Shown: piece by piece, positions 11,300-22,897 of the stretch
How positions within the stretch are numbered: the first letter of the stretch is position 1
Layout: every line of letters begins with the position of its first letter
Assembly: GCF_000143415.4 (NCBI RefSeq)
Contig: NW_003314293.1
Location: 1,432,457-1,496,456 of the forward strand
Direction: 5' to 3'
Length of the DNA stretch: 64,000 bases
Source of the DNA: Selaginella moellendorffii
Lineage: Eukaryota; Plantae; Lycopodiophyta
Program-made: the position numbers and the translations under genes
Notes under the pieces: generated by a model
What the model saw: the letters and a program-made list of their open reading frames with translations, nothing else
Database searches by the model: none
Told to the model about the DNA's origin: nothing

Positions 11300-14219
11300 T
11301 ATATATGTATGTATGTATAGCTAAGTTTTATTACATTTAAAAAGATCATTAGTTAGTTTTGTGAATAGAAGAAATAAAAATAAGTGTATAATAGATGTAA
11401 CAATCACAATTGTGAAAAATTTAAATAACACATAATATTAGTTAAAATAATTTAATATTTTCTTTTCTTTTTGGTATGATTAGTTAAATAAATCATCTAA
11501 GAGAAACTACAAAATTGTGTTTATAAATTATGCTTATAAATTACATTGGTACATTTAATTTAAGTATTTTAGAAAAAGTTTAAGGTTGAAAAGAAAATTA
11601 AAAGTTAATAAAACTGTGGTTGGTATTGTAATGTTAATTTATGAAATTTAATAGAAGAATTTAATAAAGTAAACTATATTATAATTTTAAACTATAAAAA
11701 TTTCAAATATAAAAGAATGGTGATTTCCATATAACTATATGGTGATTAATGGTGATTAAGAGTGAGTCAATAATAAAAATTTATTTTAAAGTATCTCAAT
11801 CTATGTTCTGTTAATGTTTACATGTTTTCAGACTAAAAAATACTACTGAAAAAGAGAAAACTATGTTGCTTTTAGGCCTATTCAAAAGCCTAAAAACTAA
11901 AAGATTATGTGAATTTAGATTTCAAGTTAATAAAATAATAATCAACTATAAATATTTAAATTTTAAATTTATTATTTATAAACTAAAACACTTATTTTTA
12001 TTTAAATCTGTATTAATTTTACAAACAAAAAAAACAAAACATAGCAAAAATATTATGTAAATGCCTAAAGCTACAATGTTAACCAAGCATTCCTAATTTT
12101 CTTTATTCTTTATTATTAAAAATACTTATTTATTGTTAATAAAAATCCAAAATTATTAATATCAAAAGAATTTACTTTTTAAAAAACTTTATTAAAAATA
12201 ATTAATCTAAAACTCTATTTTAGATGGCTGAATGCTTCGAAGGTCTGTCATGGAGATGTCCAGGCTAGGTGTGTACAGCAGCCTGGCAAGGACTCCTCAT
12301 CTGCCAAGGACTTAAGACTGAATTCCTGGCACACAAAGCTTCACCGAGCTAGAGATGGTGTTCTACTTGTGAATGCCTGGCTCCATGAATTGGAGAAAGG
12401 AACTTCGGTGGAAGGATAAGCAGTTGCCTGGCAGCGATTCTGGCATCGCCCGAGCAGTGAGCGAGAAGTGGGAAGAACTCACATTGAGGATAAGCGTGAA
12501 ATCATGGAAAAACATTGGAGCAGTTGCAACAGCTCTTGGATGGTGATCACCAGCCGCGCATTTACGACCAGAGTTCCGTGATGTAATCCTCGAGTCGTTT
12601 TCGTGTTTGACGAGGCAGGGGGTTTGAACGAAACCCGCTCAGAGTTTTGTTTCCGTGGAATGCCAGCTTTGCGCTGGACTCAACCGCGAAGCTTTTGCCG
12701 AGAAAGAGCGACGAGGACAACAGCAGCTCGCCGAGAAAGTGCGGCGAGGACAGGCGAGCCGTTTTCGTGTTTGACGAGGCAAGGGGTCTGAACGAAACCT
12801 CAGCTCCGCGGGGCGCTCAGAGTTTTGTTTCCGTGGAATGCCTACTTTGTGCTCATGCTGGACAACCGCGAAGTTTTTGCCAAGAAAGAGTGACGAGGAC
12901 AACAGCAGCAGGGCCTTGAAGACCGGGAGATGCTTATTGCCTCCGATCTACTTCTTGCTAACTTTGCAACTAGACATGCTCAAGCCGGGCCTGAGCGTTG
13001 CGGAGTATAGTTCTTCGTCAACCTGGATGAAGTATGGAAGGCCTGTGCGGGCCGCCAGAATAGGATAGGGTGAAATGGGAATCAGTAATGAGTTCGCCAT
13101 TGAAGGCAAGGTGACAGAGAGCCAGGGATGGTATTGTTTGCTGCTGCAACAGGCCTGCAGGTGTGTCCTCGCTGCCCGATGGTAGCGTCACATATGAACG
13201 TCGTATTACTATGAAAAACAGGTTGTTTGTCGCTCTTCCAGCGACGCCCAGCTGCTAGCCTGCTCAAGTTCAAGAAGTGAAGCGGTATGCTTAGCTGGTA
13301 CCTTCATCCGATCAAAGTGGTGGTCCCCTGTTCTGCAATTCTTTTGCCGTGCGGGAAGTCCCGGATACTGCAGCGAGATACTTTGCAGGAGGCCTTGCTA
13401 TCGGGCATCAAGCGGAAAACGATATGCGTGGTGCCGATCTCATTCTTCCTGAGGGGATGACTTGCTGCGTTGTGTCCCTGAAGACGAGGGGCGGTGTCTC
13501 ATCCGAGCTCACCAAGTGGAAAGTTCTTCCTGTGGTTACCGTGTATGTCAATGCAAGGAGCAAGCAGTTGCGGACACAAAGTCTTGGCTTTTGTGGGATC
13601 AGGAGGAGGATAAGAGTGATCTCCAGCTGACATGCTATGGCCTTGATGGCAACTTCGGTTACCTGTCAAGGGAGGTGAGGGGCCTGCTCAAGAACATACT
13701 CGTAACCAGGCCGGATCCCCTTAAAGGTGCGGGAAGCGGAGTGGATCAAGCAAATGCTGCCGTTTCAGTGCGAGGCAGACTTCGTCGTGTCTCCGGCGGC
13801 AGGCATGAGTCTATGCTCATGGATTACTCGGTTTCACGGAGAAGTTGATCTCGAGTTAGTACTTGCTCTATCTCGTACTCTTGGTTCAATTAACTGTGAT
13901 CGGAGCTCGAAGTAATACTAGTTCGCTGCTTACGCTTTGCTCTCTGTGCTGTTACTTTGGCTTGATTTTGGATCTACTCACGGAAGAGAAGCTACCAGGT
14001 ATGCTTGTAATGTTCGAGCTCGACCTTTATTATTTTGTAGATTACTTATGGTGTGATGTATCATAAATGGTAAGTCAGCTCTTTCTTTCTTGTAACTCGC
14101 GGATGAGATCCTAAACATAGTATACAACGAAAGGTTTATTGCAACTTCTAGAAAAAGATTCGGTATGAACCATATGAGACAGCCGTTCGTCTTAACAATG
14201 GTTGTCTCTTATGTTTCCG
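11300..14219 (+). repeat. Near-perfect inverted duplicate of ~2876-5800
   Basis: Identical mirrored ORF translations (5042-5239 vs 11863-12060; 4175-4447 vs 12647-12919; 3029-3232 vs 13863-14066). Confidence 0.93.
13075..13918 (+). pseudogene. Frameshifted copy of the Cys-rich ORF at 35675-36517
   Basis: Starts atgggaatcagtaatgag like 35675 but has an early stop and frameshifts. Confidence 0.65.
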
Positions 14220-14224
14220 ACATT

Positions 14225-14351
14225 TCCAAAGACAAGCCTAGGGTAGCTTGAAAATTTGGCTGAAGTGTGTGATTTTGGCAGTAGAATCCCGTTTCGATTG
14301 ATTCCAATCGCCCCCGAGAGAATTCTCAGCTACCCTAGGCTTGTCTTTGGA
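14225..14351. repeat. Short hairpin/MITE-like element with 24-bp perfect inverted repeat
   Basis: tccaaagacaagcctagggtagct ... agctaccctaggcttgtctttgga. Confidence 0.75.
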
Positions 14352-14629
14352 TCATAGCCTTTCATTTGTCCCATTTTGGTGTCTCTTTCGTTCACTTGCG
14401 TGCTAAGGGCTGATTGATAAGTAGCTAGAGTTATTTCGATGGCTAGTCTTTAGTGGATTGGTCCTCACTTCTCCATTCTTTTTTTTTTTGTTGTTTCGCA
14501 AAGCTTGCTTGGGCTTTTGTCTACTTTTTTGTTTCATTGCTGCTAAAGACTTGGTCCGGCTAGAGTTCTCGTCCTTTAAAAGCTTTTTATCTCGAGTCTT
14601 CGGGAGTTCTTACCATACATTCTTTCCAG

Positions 14630-15644
14630 GGATGTTCCGGACGACAAAAGAGCAATCTTGGCATGCCTTGTGTCAAGCGTGTACTCACTCCAGCACGACA
14701 GAGCGAAAAACTACACAGGAACTCCGCAAGCTCTCGCTCCTCCCTGGTGGACGTCCTTCAACTACGAGCTCCTCGACGTGATCCTCGGCAATGACAAGCT
14801 CCGGATCAACGGCGCAGTGTTCGTGTGGAACTACAAAAACCACTGGAAGCCTGCCAGAGCTCCGATGGTGGTCCTGGCGCTCAGAGGCACGGACAGCGTA
14901 ACCAGCGACTACATCGTCGACTTCAAGATCGCCAACCAGGAGCTTTACAAGACAGGCAGGTTCACAGCCGCGTACAACGCTCTCCGAAACGCCGTCGCAT
15001 GGCATGGCAAGGACAACGTTTGCATTACGGGGCACTCGCTCGGAGCAGCGGTGGCGCTCTCCGCCGCTCGGATGATGGCATCGCATGGCCAGTTCGTCGA
15101 GGCTCATCTCTTCAATCCGCCATTCTCGTCCTCGACCGCTCCATACAAGTCACTCTTCGGTGCTGAGACTTACAGCAATCTCCAAGAGGTTTACACCGTT
15201 GCAAAGGCCGGGCTCGTCAACTTACTGGTGGATGCCGCAAAGAGAAGGGAGTCCGAGGCAGAGTTTGCGGCACTTGGAAGCTGGTACCCGGACATGTATG
15301 TTCATCCCAGTGATCCGGTATGCTCGGGCTTTCTCGAGCACTTCAAGAACTATCAGTATATGCTACAGGGGAAGTACGCGAGATTGGCGATGCCTCACGA
15401 ATCCATCCGGGGCGTGCTCTGCTCCTCCAAAGCGAAGCCGCATCACCTCATCCCCTCGGCAAGGCTTCACGTCCCAGCGGATGAAGGCAAAGCTGCGAGT
15501 GCTCGAGACGCTCATTCTCTTACACAGTGGTGGTCGGATGGAGCAGTCGTTCAGGTGCAATTTGTCAACTTGACAGGTCAAGAACACTTGGATCATCCGC
15601 TGCAAATCCCGTTTGGGGGGATAAGCTATGAACCTATGGTGTAG
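14630..15644 (+). CDS. Class 3 lipase / alpha-beta hydrolase (At4g10955-like), main exon; 5' exon unresolved
   Basis: VVLALRGT, catalytic GHSLG, EAHLFNPPF, MYVHPSDPVC and AHSLTQWW motifs. Splice acceptor tttccag at 14629. Confidence 0.85.
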
Positions 15645-17571
15645 TCCGCGGCAATGATTTGATGGTACATATTTTCTCTGTGCTCAAAGAACCCGAGAAA
15701 AAAGATTTTTATTTTTTCCTGTGCTAGAAGAGAACGCGGCGTGTTTTCGACGTTCAATCTGACTGGAAGAACGTCACAGGTGGATGTTTACCACGTCATG
15801 ACTTTACAATGAACACTTTCATTGTCTTGCTCGAGCCAAAGCCTTCAAAGTAAGTTTGCTCGCGTTTGTTTTTGTTAGATGGTTAAAGAGAGAACGAGGC
15901 CGGATAATGAGGGTTGGCGATTTCAACTAGAGAAGCACAAGCCAGTGAGAAGAAGCTGAGCTTCCCGAAAATGAGATTTTTTAATCGATGAAGCGTCACT
16001 CTGCTTCCATGCTATGAGAAGGGTTTGCTCGAGGACATGGAAGGTAATCTTGTTCCATTTGGGGCATCCCTTTTGCAGTACTATAAGGTGCTTCTCGCCA
16101 CTCTTCTAGGCATTGCCCTTGTGATGAAGAAACGGAGAAAAGAAGCGCCTGTGTTGCTGCAAGACGACATTTTGGAGACGGTTCTCAGCTATGTGGACCT
16201 GGCCACACTAGCGACCTCATGCTCCGCCGTTTGCAAGTCATGGAACGCCATCATCGGCGATCCATCCTTTCGCCGCCGCTGGTGCCAAAACAGTGTTGCG
16301 GCTTATGACTAGCTCCTTCGGCTACGGCGAGCGTTGCCACGCCTGGGATCCATCACGGCCCCAACGCAGCGTGGAGTTTCCGTTGCCCCACAAAACGGAA
16401 GAATTTCCTAACGCTCAAGTGGTTGCTTCCGCGGGTGGCCTGGTATGCGTCTTCAGGACGCACAGGGGCATGGTTGATCCTGCTGATGATGTGTTTCACC
16501 TGGTGGTGGGGAATCCAGTGACCCAAGAGTGGAGCGAACTACCACCGCTCCATTGGGAGGACAGAGAAAGATGCACTTTAGCGGGAGTGATCGACTTTGC
16601 CATGTTCGTCGACAAGAATGGCTTCAAAGTCGGTCTGCACTACACCGCTGTCGACTTCTCAGGCCACTGGTGCTGCATCTACGACTCGGCAACGCGCTCC
16701 TGGTCTTCTCTCCCCAAGCTCCCGTTCTCGCCAGCCTACGTCAAAATGAAGGCGCAGCGGCTTTCAGATTACAGCGTGGACATGGCACCCCCTGCTGTAT
16801 TCCCAGGCTTGGACGATTACTTCTACGATCTCACCATCCTGGGATTTTACGACTTTGGCCGCGCCAGGTGGAGCACCGGGGAACTCGTGCGCAGCCTGAG
16901 GATTACAACAGGCCTGGAAGACAAGGTTGACCCGGATGGAGAGATCCTGCGCTGCGTTTTGCCGTTCCCGGGACTGTGCACCGCGAGGCTGTGGGAGTAC
17001 AATGGCCAGCGATACCTGGCAAGTGGCTGGGTGTATGCGGGAGGCTACCGCGAGTCAGGGGTGTCCGGAGTTGATGGCTATGGCGTGTGGAAGGTTGACG
17101 ACAAGGGTGGCTTGGTTGCCGTCTCTGCAAAGACCCATAAATCGATCCTTCGTCAAGTGTACGCTGGGCAGCGCTCTATGGGAGCGGTTTCCCGTTGTTC
17201 TGTTCATGCAGAGGCCAATCTGGTGATCTTTTCAGAGACAGGGCTCATGTTTGTTTACGACTTGAGCACAGGGGATTGGGGCGGAGTAGGGGGGCACGTA
17301 GATGAATATTCAAAAGCAGTGATTTTTCGCCCGTCCAGAAAGGAGGATGAACGCCACACAAACAGGTAACGAGACTTCCTGGGCTGGCAGGAACACACAC
17401 ACCTGTTTGGAGCATTGGCGAAGTCTGTCTATTATTCAAGAATTATACACATTATGTACATATAAGATTTTGAGATTCTATGTACATAGAAGATTTTGCC
17501 TCCCAGAGGATTGCTACTCAACAGTACGGTAGACAGCAGATAAATATTCATGATGGGGATGAAAGTCTGCT
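15120..17571 (+). repeat. Left arm of a 2.45-kb inverted duplication (right arm 20090-22558)
   Basis: Mirrored lipase 3' half and F-box gene; breakpoints at ccattctcgtcc and gaaagtctgc. Confidence 0.92.
16124..17369 (+). pseudogene. F-box protein copy with frameshift just after the F-box
   Basis: A 14-bp deletion (gccacaaggaatcc) at ~16295 and a 21-bp deletion removing the stop, relative to 20394-21767. Confidence 0.85.
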
Positions 17572-17573
17572 TC

Positions 17574-19979
17574 CTTGCTTTATCGTCAAGTTCTGTGCTA
17601 AAATCACGGGAAAACACGCTCTAGATATTTATCTACTTAATAAAGAGAGCATAATCATGCTGTGTTGTGAGATACTTGAGGTTCTCGCAAGTGAAGTTTT
17701 GAAAGGGATAGCTTTCTCCACGATGCCCAAACGATTCCACTGTTTGCATAACAATCGATTAAAAAGGATGCTAAATGCTATAATGAGAGATGCGACATAA
17801 GTTTGAAAATGGCTACAGAGGGCGAGAAATATCGGGCTGAAAGTAATCCAGGAGCTCGAAGTATCTTTGAGAGAACACTCTCGAGTCCAAGATCAACTAT
17901 ATAACACTAGATAAGAAATGCAGGACGTACTTCTGTATCAAAATGGTTGGCTCTGGAAAAAATAACTAATATGGTTTGCGTTTGTACATGCAGCGGAAGA
18001 GAAATGTTGCCGGTGGATTGAACTTCTCCAACCCAAAGCATAGCAAGTAGCTGCTGCAGTAGCCAGGAGGAAGAACAATGTTTCATAGAGAATCTTTCAC
18101 ATTACTTGATGGAAGGATCTTCGTCCAAGCTATACTCCGCTAGTGACCTTACTTGAGAAATTTCGGACTCCAGCGTCGTTCTTTTGACTTTCCAGCTCGA
18201 AAGTTCACCAGAATTCACCATCGAGCTGTAAAAGAGAAAAAGAGACCAATGGAGTCTTGGCTGTTGAGAAATTTTAGTTTGTTAAGAATTAAGAACGACG
18301 ACTAGAAGTTAACTTCCTTGAACTCTCCACTGAAAGTTCCGAGTCGGCGCCTCGGATGGGCGCGCTACGATCATAACACGCGAATTCCAAAGCCTAAAGT
18401 CCTTAGCATAAATTTGCTATTCCATTCATTTGATAGATCTCTACTCTATCCCTGTGGACATGACTACAAAATAGATCATGGAGCAAGGTAACTTGTAGAG
18501 TGTGGATGTTCTTTAGGATCCGAGCAGGAGGAACAGGAGGAGCTTCTCCAGCTCATGAACAAGGAGTATTTCCTCAAGAAGTTGGTCACGAACAAGCATC
18601 TGAGAACGTTCGACTCAACGAGTTTCTCAAACCGGTAAAATAACTCCTTGCGAATCATACATTTCCTCTTCTAACTTAAAACTGGACACTCGTTGGAGAT
18701 CAAATACATACTTTCACCAGGACTCCATCCGGAAACTTGGGCGTCGTCAAGTTGTGTGGAGACGCCAGGGGAGCCGTCACGCTACAATGGCGTTCTTCTT
18801 GGAGATCCGAGGACAAGGACTCTGCTAGTGTATAATGTTCACTATCCAACCATATAAGCACTACGGATCTCTAAAGATATTTATAATTATATTTTCATGT
18901 AAGTGGGAATTTCTGTTAGTCCTGAATGCAGGAAAGCAGTACAGGAGATCACACAGATGGTAGAAGAAGGTAGCAACAAACTGCAAGTCTCTTACAAGAG
19001 AAAGGAAGTCAACGTCATTGAGCTGTAAAACGAGAGAACAGAAGCAATCGATACCTTTTTTGCAAGAAACAGAGATTTTACTACTATTGCACTCCTTATG
19101 TGAGAAAAGAGCTTCTAGATTGACTTAACATCTTGTCCCATATTCATTTTATTAGGTGGCATTGAGTTGCTTTGTCCAGATACAAGTCACGACTTTGTTT
19201 TTCCAGATGGCATATGCAGGCAGATCGGGAATTCCTAGTATATAAACTGAAAACAAGCTGAAGGAAACGATATTGATGTTAAAGACACTATGGGGCAGAA
19301 TTGGGATACTTCCAAATGAATGCTGCACACACACACACACACATACCCCTTTCTTTTTCAGAGGCATAAGCTTTCAGGAATCGATTAAAAGTTTGGTGTA
19401 AAGTATTTAGCTCCAAGGTTGTAGACGACGAGGCTTGAAAGAAGGGGAAAACAATGCGATCGTCACGTATAAATTTCCAGTAGGTTTGCATTTCCTTTAT
19501 CCTCTTATCTTGAGTATGCCTAAAAAGCATTACCAATTCTTTGAAGCATGCTGCCACGTATATTCAGATAACTATTACTCAAGATCAGTAAGGCAACATC
19601 AAGAAGAACAAACTTACCAGAAATCTCCCGTCCTCCTTAGTTCCTGTTTACAGCACTAACATCTGGAAATGTCCCGGGACCAAAAAAATTATTGATGACC
19701 AGCAACAAAAAGACACCACTCTTTTGATCCTCTTAGGAGCGCCAAAGTGTAAATAGCTAATGAAGGCCCACGGGTACGTAGATTTGTACATGAAAGAGCG
19801 GCTTTGCTCGTAGTTAATGGCGTCTTTTGGTTCTCTTTGGCAACATTCATCCCAGGGTTTCTTTCTTGTGTTTCTAATTCTTTTTTTCTTTTAGACACGA
19901 ACAAAAGGATGACAGAAACGTCAAATGTGGTATGTAATGTTTTACCATGAAAGAGAAGATACAGAAAAGAGAAAAGCTT
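17574..19979. pseudogene. Scrambled copy of 41708-44560 (S28 and WWE-ART relics in mixed orientation)
   Basis: 17574-18818 is the reverse complement of 41708-42995. 18819-19979 is a direct copy of ~43194-44560 with a micro-inversion at 18981-19091. Confidence 0.8.
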
Positions 19980-20393
19980 CGATTTTAGTTTAGACCACGG
20001 CCGCAGCAGCGTGAGATCTTCGGTGCAGAGGCCTCGAATCCAACCTACGAATATGACCAGCGGATCATGAGGCATTCATTGGTTTGAAGAGCAGACTTTC
20101 ATCTCCATCATGAATATTTATCTGCTGTCTACCGTATTGTTGAGCAGCAATCCTCTGGGAGGCAAAATCTTCTATATACACATCCTAGCCCTATTGGTTT
20201 AGGGTTTTACAAAATCTTAGAATCTCAAAATCTTTTATGTACAAAATGTGTATAATTATTGAATAATAGACAGACTTTGCCAATGCTCCAAACAGGTGTG
20301 TGCGTTCCTGCCAGCCCAGGAAGTCTCGTTAACTTACAGACTAGCTCAGGATTAACAATACCTGTTTGTGTGGCGTTCATCCTCCTTTCTGGA

Positions 20394-21767
20394 TCATCTA
20401 GGTGCCCTGAGGGACGGGCGAAAAATCACTGCTTGTGAATATTCATCTACGTGCCCCCCTACTCCGCCCCAATCCCCTGTGCTCAAGTCGTAAACAAACA
20501 TGATCCCTATCTCTGAAAAGATCACCAGATTGGCCTCTGCATGAACAGAACAACGGAAAACCGCTCCGAAAAAGCGCTGCCCAGCGTACACTTGACGAAG
20601 GATCGATTTATGGGTCTTTGCAGAGACGGCAACCAAGCCACCCTTGTCGTCAACCTTCCACACGCCATAGCCATCAACTCCGGACTCCCCTGCCTCGCGG
20701 TAGCCTCCCGCATACACCCAGCCACTTGCCAAGTATCGCTGGCCATTGTACTCCCACAGCCTCGCGGTGCACAGTCCCGGGAGCGGCAAGACGCAGCGCA
20801 GGATCTCTCCATCCGGGTCAACCTTGTCTTCCAGGCCTGTTGTAATCCTCAGGCTGCGCACGACTTCCCCGGTGCTCCACCTGGCGCGGCCAAAGTCGTA
20901 AAATCCCAGGATGGTGAGATCGTAGAAGTAATCGTCCAAGCCTGGGAATACAGCAGGGGGTGCCACGTCCACGCTGTAATCTGAAAGCCGCTGCGCCTTC
21001 ATTTTGACGTAGGCTGGCGAGAACGGGAGCTTGGGGAGAGAAGACCAGGAGCGCGTTGCCGAGTCGTAGATGCAGCACCAGTGGCCTGAGAAGTCGACAG
21101 CGGTGTAGTGCAGACCGACTTTGAAGCCATTCTTGTCGACGAACATGGCAGAGTCGATCACTCCCGCTAAAGTGCATCTTTCTCTGTCCTCCCAATGGAG
21201 CGGTGGTAGTTCGCTCCACTCTTGGGTCACTGGATTCCCCACCACCAGGTGAAACACATCATCAGCAGGATCAACCATGCCCCTGTGCGTCCTGAAGACG
21301 CATACCAGGCCACCCGCGGAAGCAACCACTTGAGCGTTAGGAAATTCTTCCGTTTTGTGGGGCAACGGAAACTCCACGCTGCGTTGGGGCCGTGATGGAT
21401 CCCAGGCGTGGCAACGCTCGCCGTAGTCGAAGGAGCTAGTCATAAGCCGCAAGGATTCCTTGTGGCCACTGTTTTGGCACCAGCGGCGGCGAAAGGATGG
21501 ATCGCCGATGATGGCGTTCCATGACTTGCAAACGGCGGAGCATGAGGTCGCTAGTGTGGCCAGGTCCACATAGCTGAGAACCGTCTCCAAAATGTCGTCT
21601 TGCAGCAACACAGGCGCTTCTTTGCTCCTTTTCTTCATCACAAGGGCAATGCCTAGAAGAGTGGTGAGAAGCACCTTATAGTACTGCAAAAGGGATGCAA
21701 ATGGACGAGCAAACCCTTCTCGTAGCATAAAAAACCTAACTTCCGCGGAAGCAGAGTGACGCTTCAT
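20394..21767 (-). CDS. F-box protein with C-terminal F-box-associated/beta-rich domain (start may be a downstream Met)
   Basis: F-box LQDDILETVLSYVDLATLATSCSAVCKSWNAII, then VVASAGGLVCV and VGNPVTQEWSELPPL; uninterrupted 457-aa ORF. Confidence 0.88.
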   Translation of the reverse strand: MKRHSASAEVRFFMLREGFARPFASLLQYYKVLLTTLLGIALVMKKRSKEAPVLLQDDILETVLSYVDLATLATSCSAVCKSWNAIIGDPSFRRRWCQNSGHKESLRLMTSSFDYGERCHAWDPSRPQRSVEFPLPHKTEEFPNAQVVASAGGLVCVFRTHRGMVDPADDVFHLVVGNPVTQEWSELPPLHWEDRERCTLAGVIDSAMFVDKNGFKVGLHYTAVDFSGHWCCIYDSATRSWSSLPKLPFSPAYVKMKAQRLSDYSVDVAPPAVFPGLDDYFYDLTILGFYDFGRARWSTGEVVRSLRITTGLEDKVDPDGEILRCVLPLPGLCTARLWEYNGQRYLASGWVYAGGYREAGESGVDGYGVWKVDDKGGLVAVSAKTHKSILRQVYAGQRFFGAVFRCSVHAEANLVIFSEIGIMFVYDLSTGDWGGVGGHVDEYSQAVIFRPSLRAPR

Positions 21768-22104
21768 CGATTAAAAAATCTCATTTTCGGGAAGCTCAGC
21801 TTCTTCTTTCCCCATTATCTGTCCTCACTGGCTTGTGCTTCTCCAGTTGAGACCGCCAACCCTCATTATCCGGCCTCGTTCTCTCTTTGACCATCTAACA
21901 AAAACAAACGCGACCGAACTTACTTTGAAGCCTTTGGCTCGAGGAGACAATGAAAGTGTTCATTGTAAAGTCATGACGTGGTAAACATCCACCTGTGACG
22001 TTCTTCCAGTCAGATTGAACGTCGAAAACACGCCACGTTCTCTTATGGTCTAGCACAGGAAAAAATAAAAACTTTTTTCTCGGGTTCTTTGAGTACAGAT
22101 GATG

Positions 22105-22558
22105 TCAAGTTGACAAATTGCACCTGAACGACTGCTCCATCCGATCACCACTGTGTAAGAGAATGAGCGTCTCGAGCACTCGCAGCTTTGCCTTCATCCG
22201 CTGGGACGTGAAGCCTTGCCGAGGGGATGAGGTGATGCGGCTTCGCTTTGGAGGAGCAGAGCACGCCCCGGATGGATGCGTGAGGCATCGCCAATCTCGC
22301 ATACTTCCCCTGTAGCATATACTGATAGTTCTTGAAGTGCTCGAGAAAGCCCGAGCATACTGGATCACTGGGATGAACATACATGTCCGGGTACCAGCTT
22401 CCAAGTGCCGCAAACTCTGCCTCGGACTCCCTTCTCTTTGCGGCATCCACCAGTAAGTTGACGAGCCCGGCCTTTGCAACGGTGTAAACCTCTTGGAGAT
22501 TGCTGTAAGTCTCAGCACCAAAGAGTGACTTGTATGGAGCGGTCGAGGACGAGAATGG
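22105..22558 (-). pseudogene. 3' half of the class 3 lipase, lacking the catalytic GHSLG
   Basis: Mirror of 15120-15575 with a premature stop (LTQW*). Confidence 0.85.
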
Positions 22559-22799
22559 AGGAAGCCAACTTGGTGCAGCTGTGGGAGAGAATACAGCAAG
22601 CTATTGCCAGCGGGGAGGAATGCCCCACAGGCAATAGGTTTCACGGCCATACTTGTGCAGCCCCATCCCAAATACCACAACCAAGTGACTCGCCCAGAAG
22701 CGCGACTTACGTGAATCATCGACCACTGCCATGGTCATGGAATCCACTACTTTGGGTGCTGTCAAGAAAAAGATCCGTGGTCCAGTTAGTCGCGGACTT

Positions 22800-22897
22800 G
22801 TAAGTTGAATGTGACACAGTAGAAGCGGGTAATACTTATTGAAGACTTTCTCTTGGAGGCAGCACTCTAGGATGACTGTCATGAGTTGTGTGTCCTG
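22800..22897 (-). pseudogene. Exon-sized fragment resembling the MA3/MI domain of NOM1/Sgd1
   Basis: Peptide MTVILECCLQEKVFNKYYPLL, preceded by a polypyrimidine tract and CAG acceptor. Confidence 0.5.
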
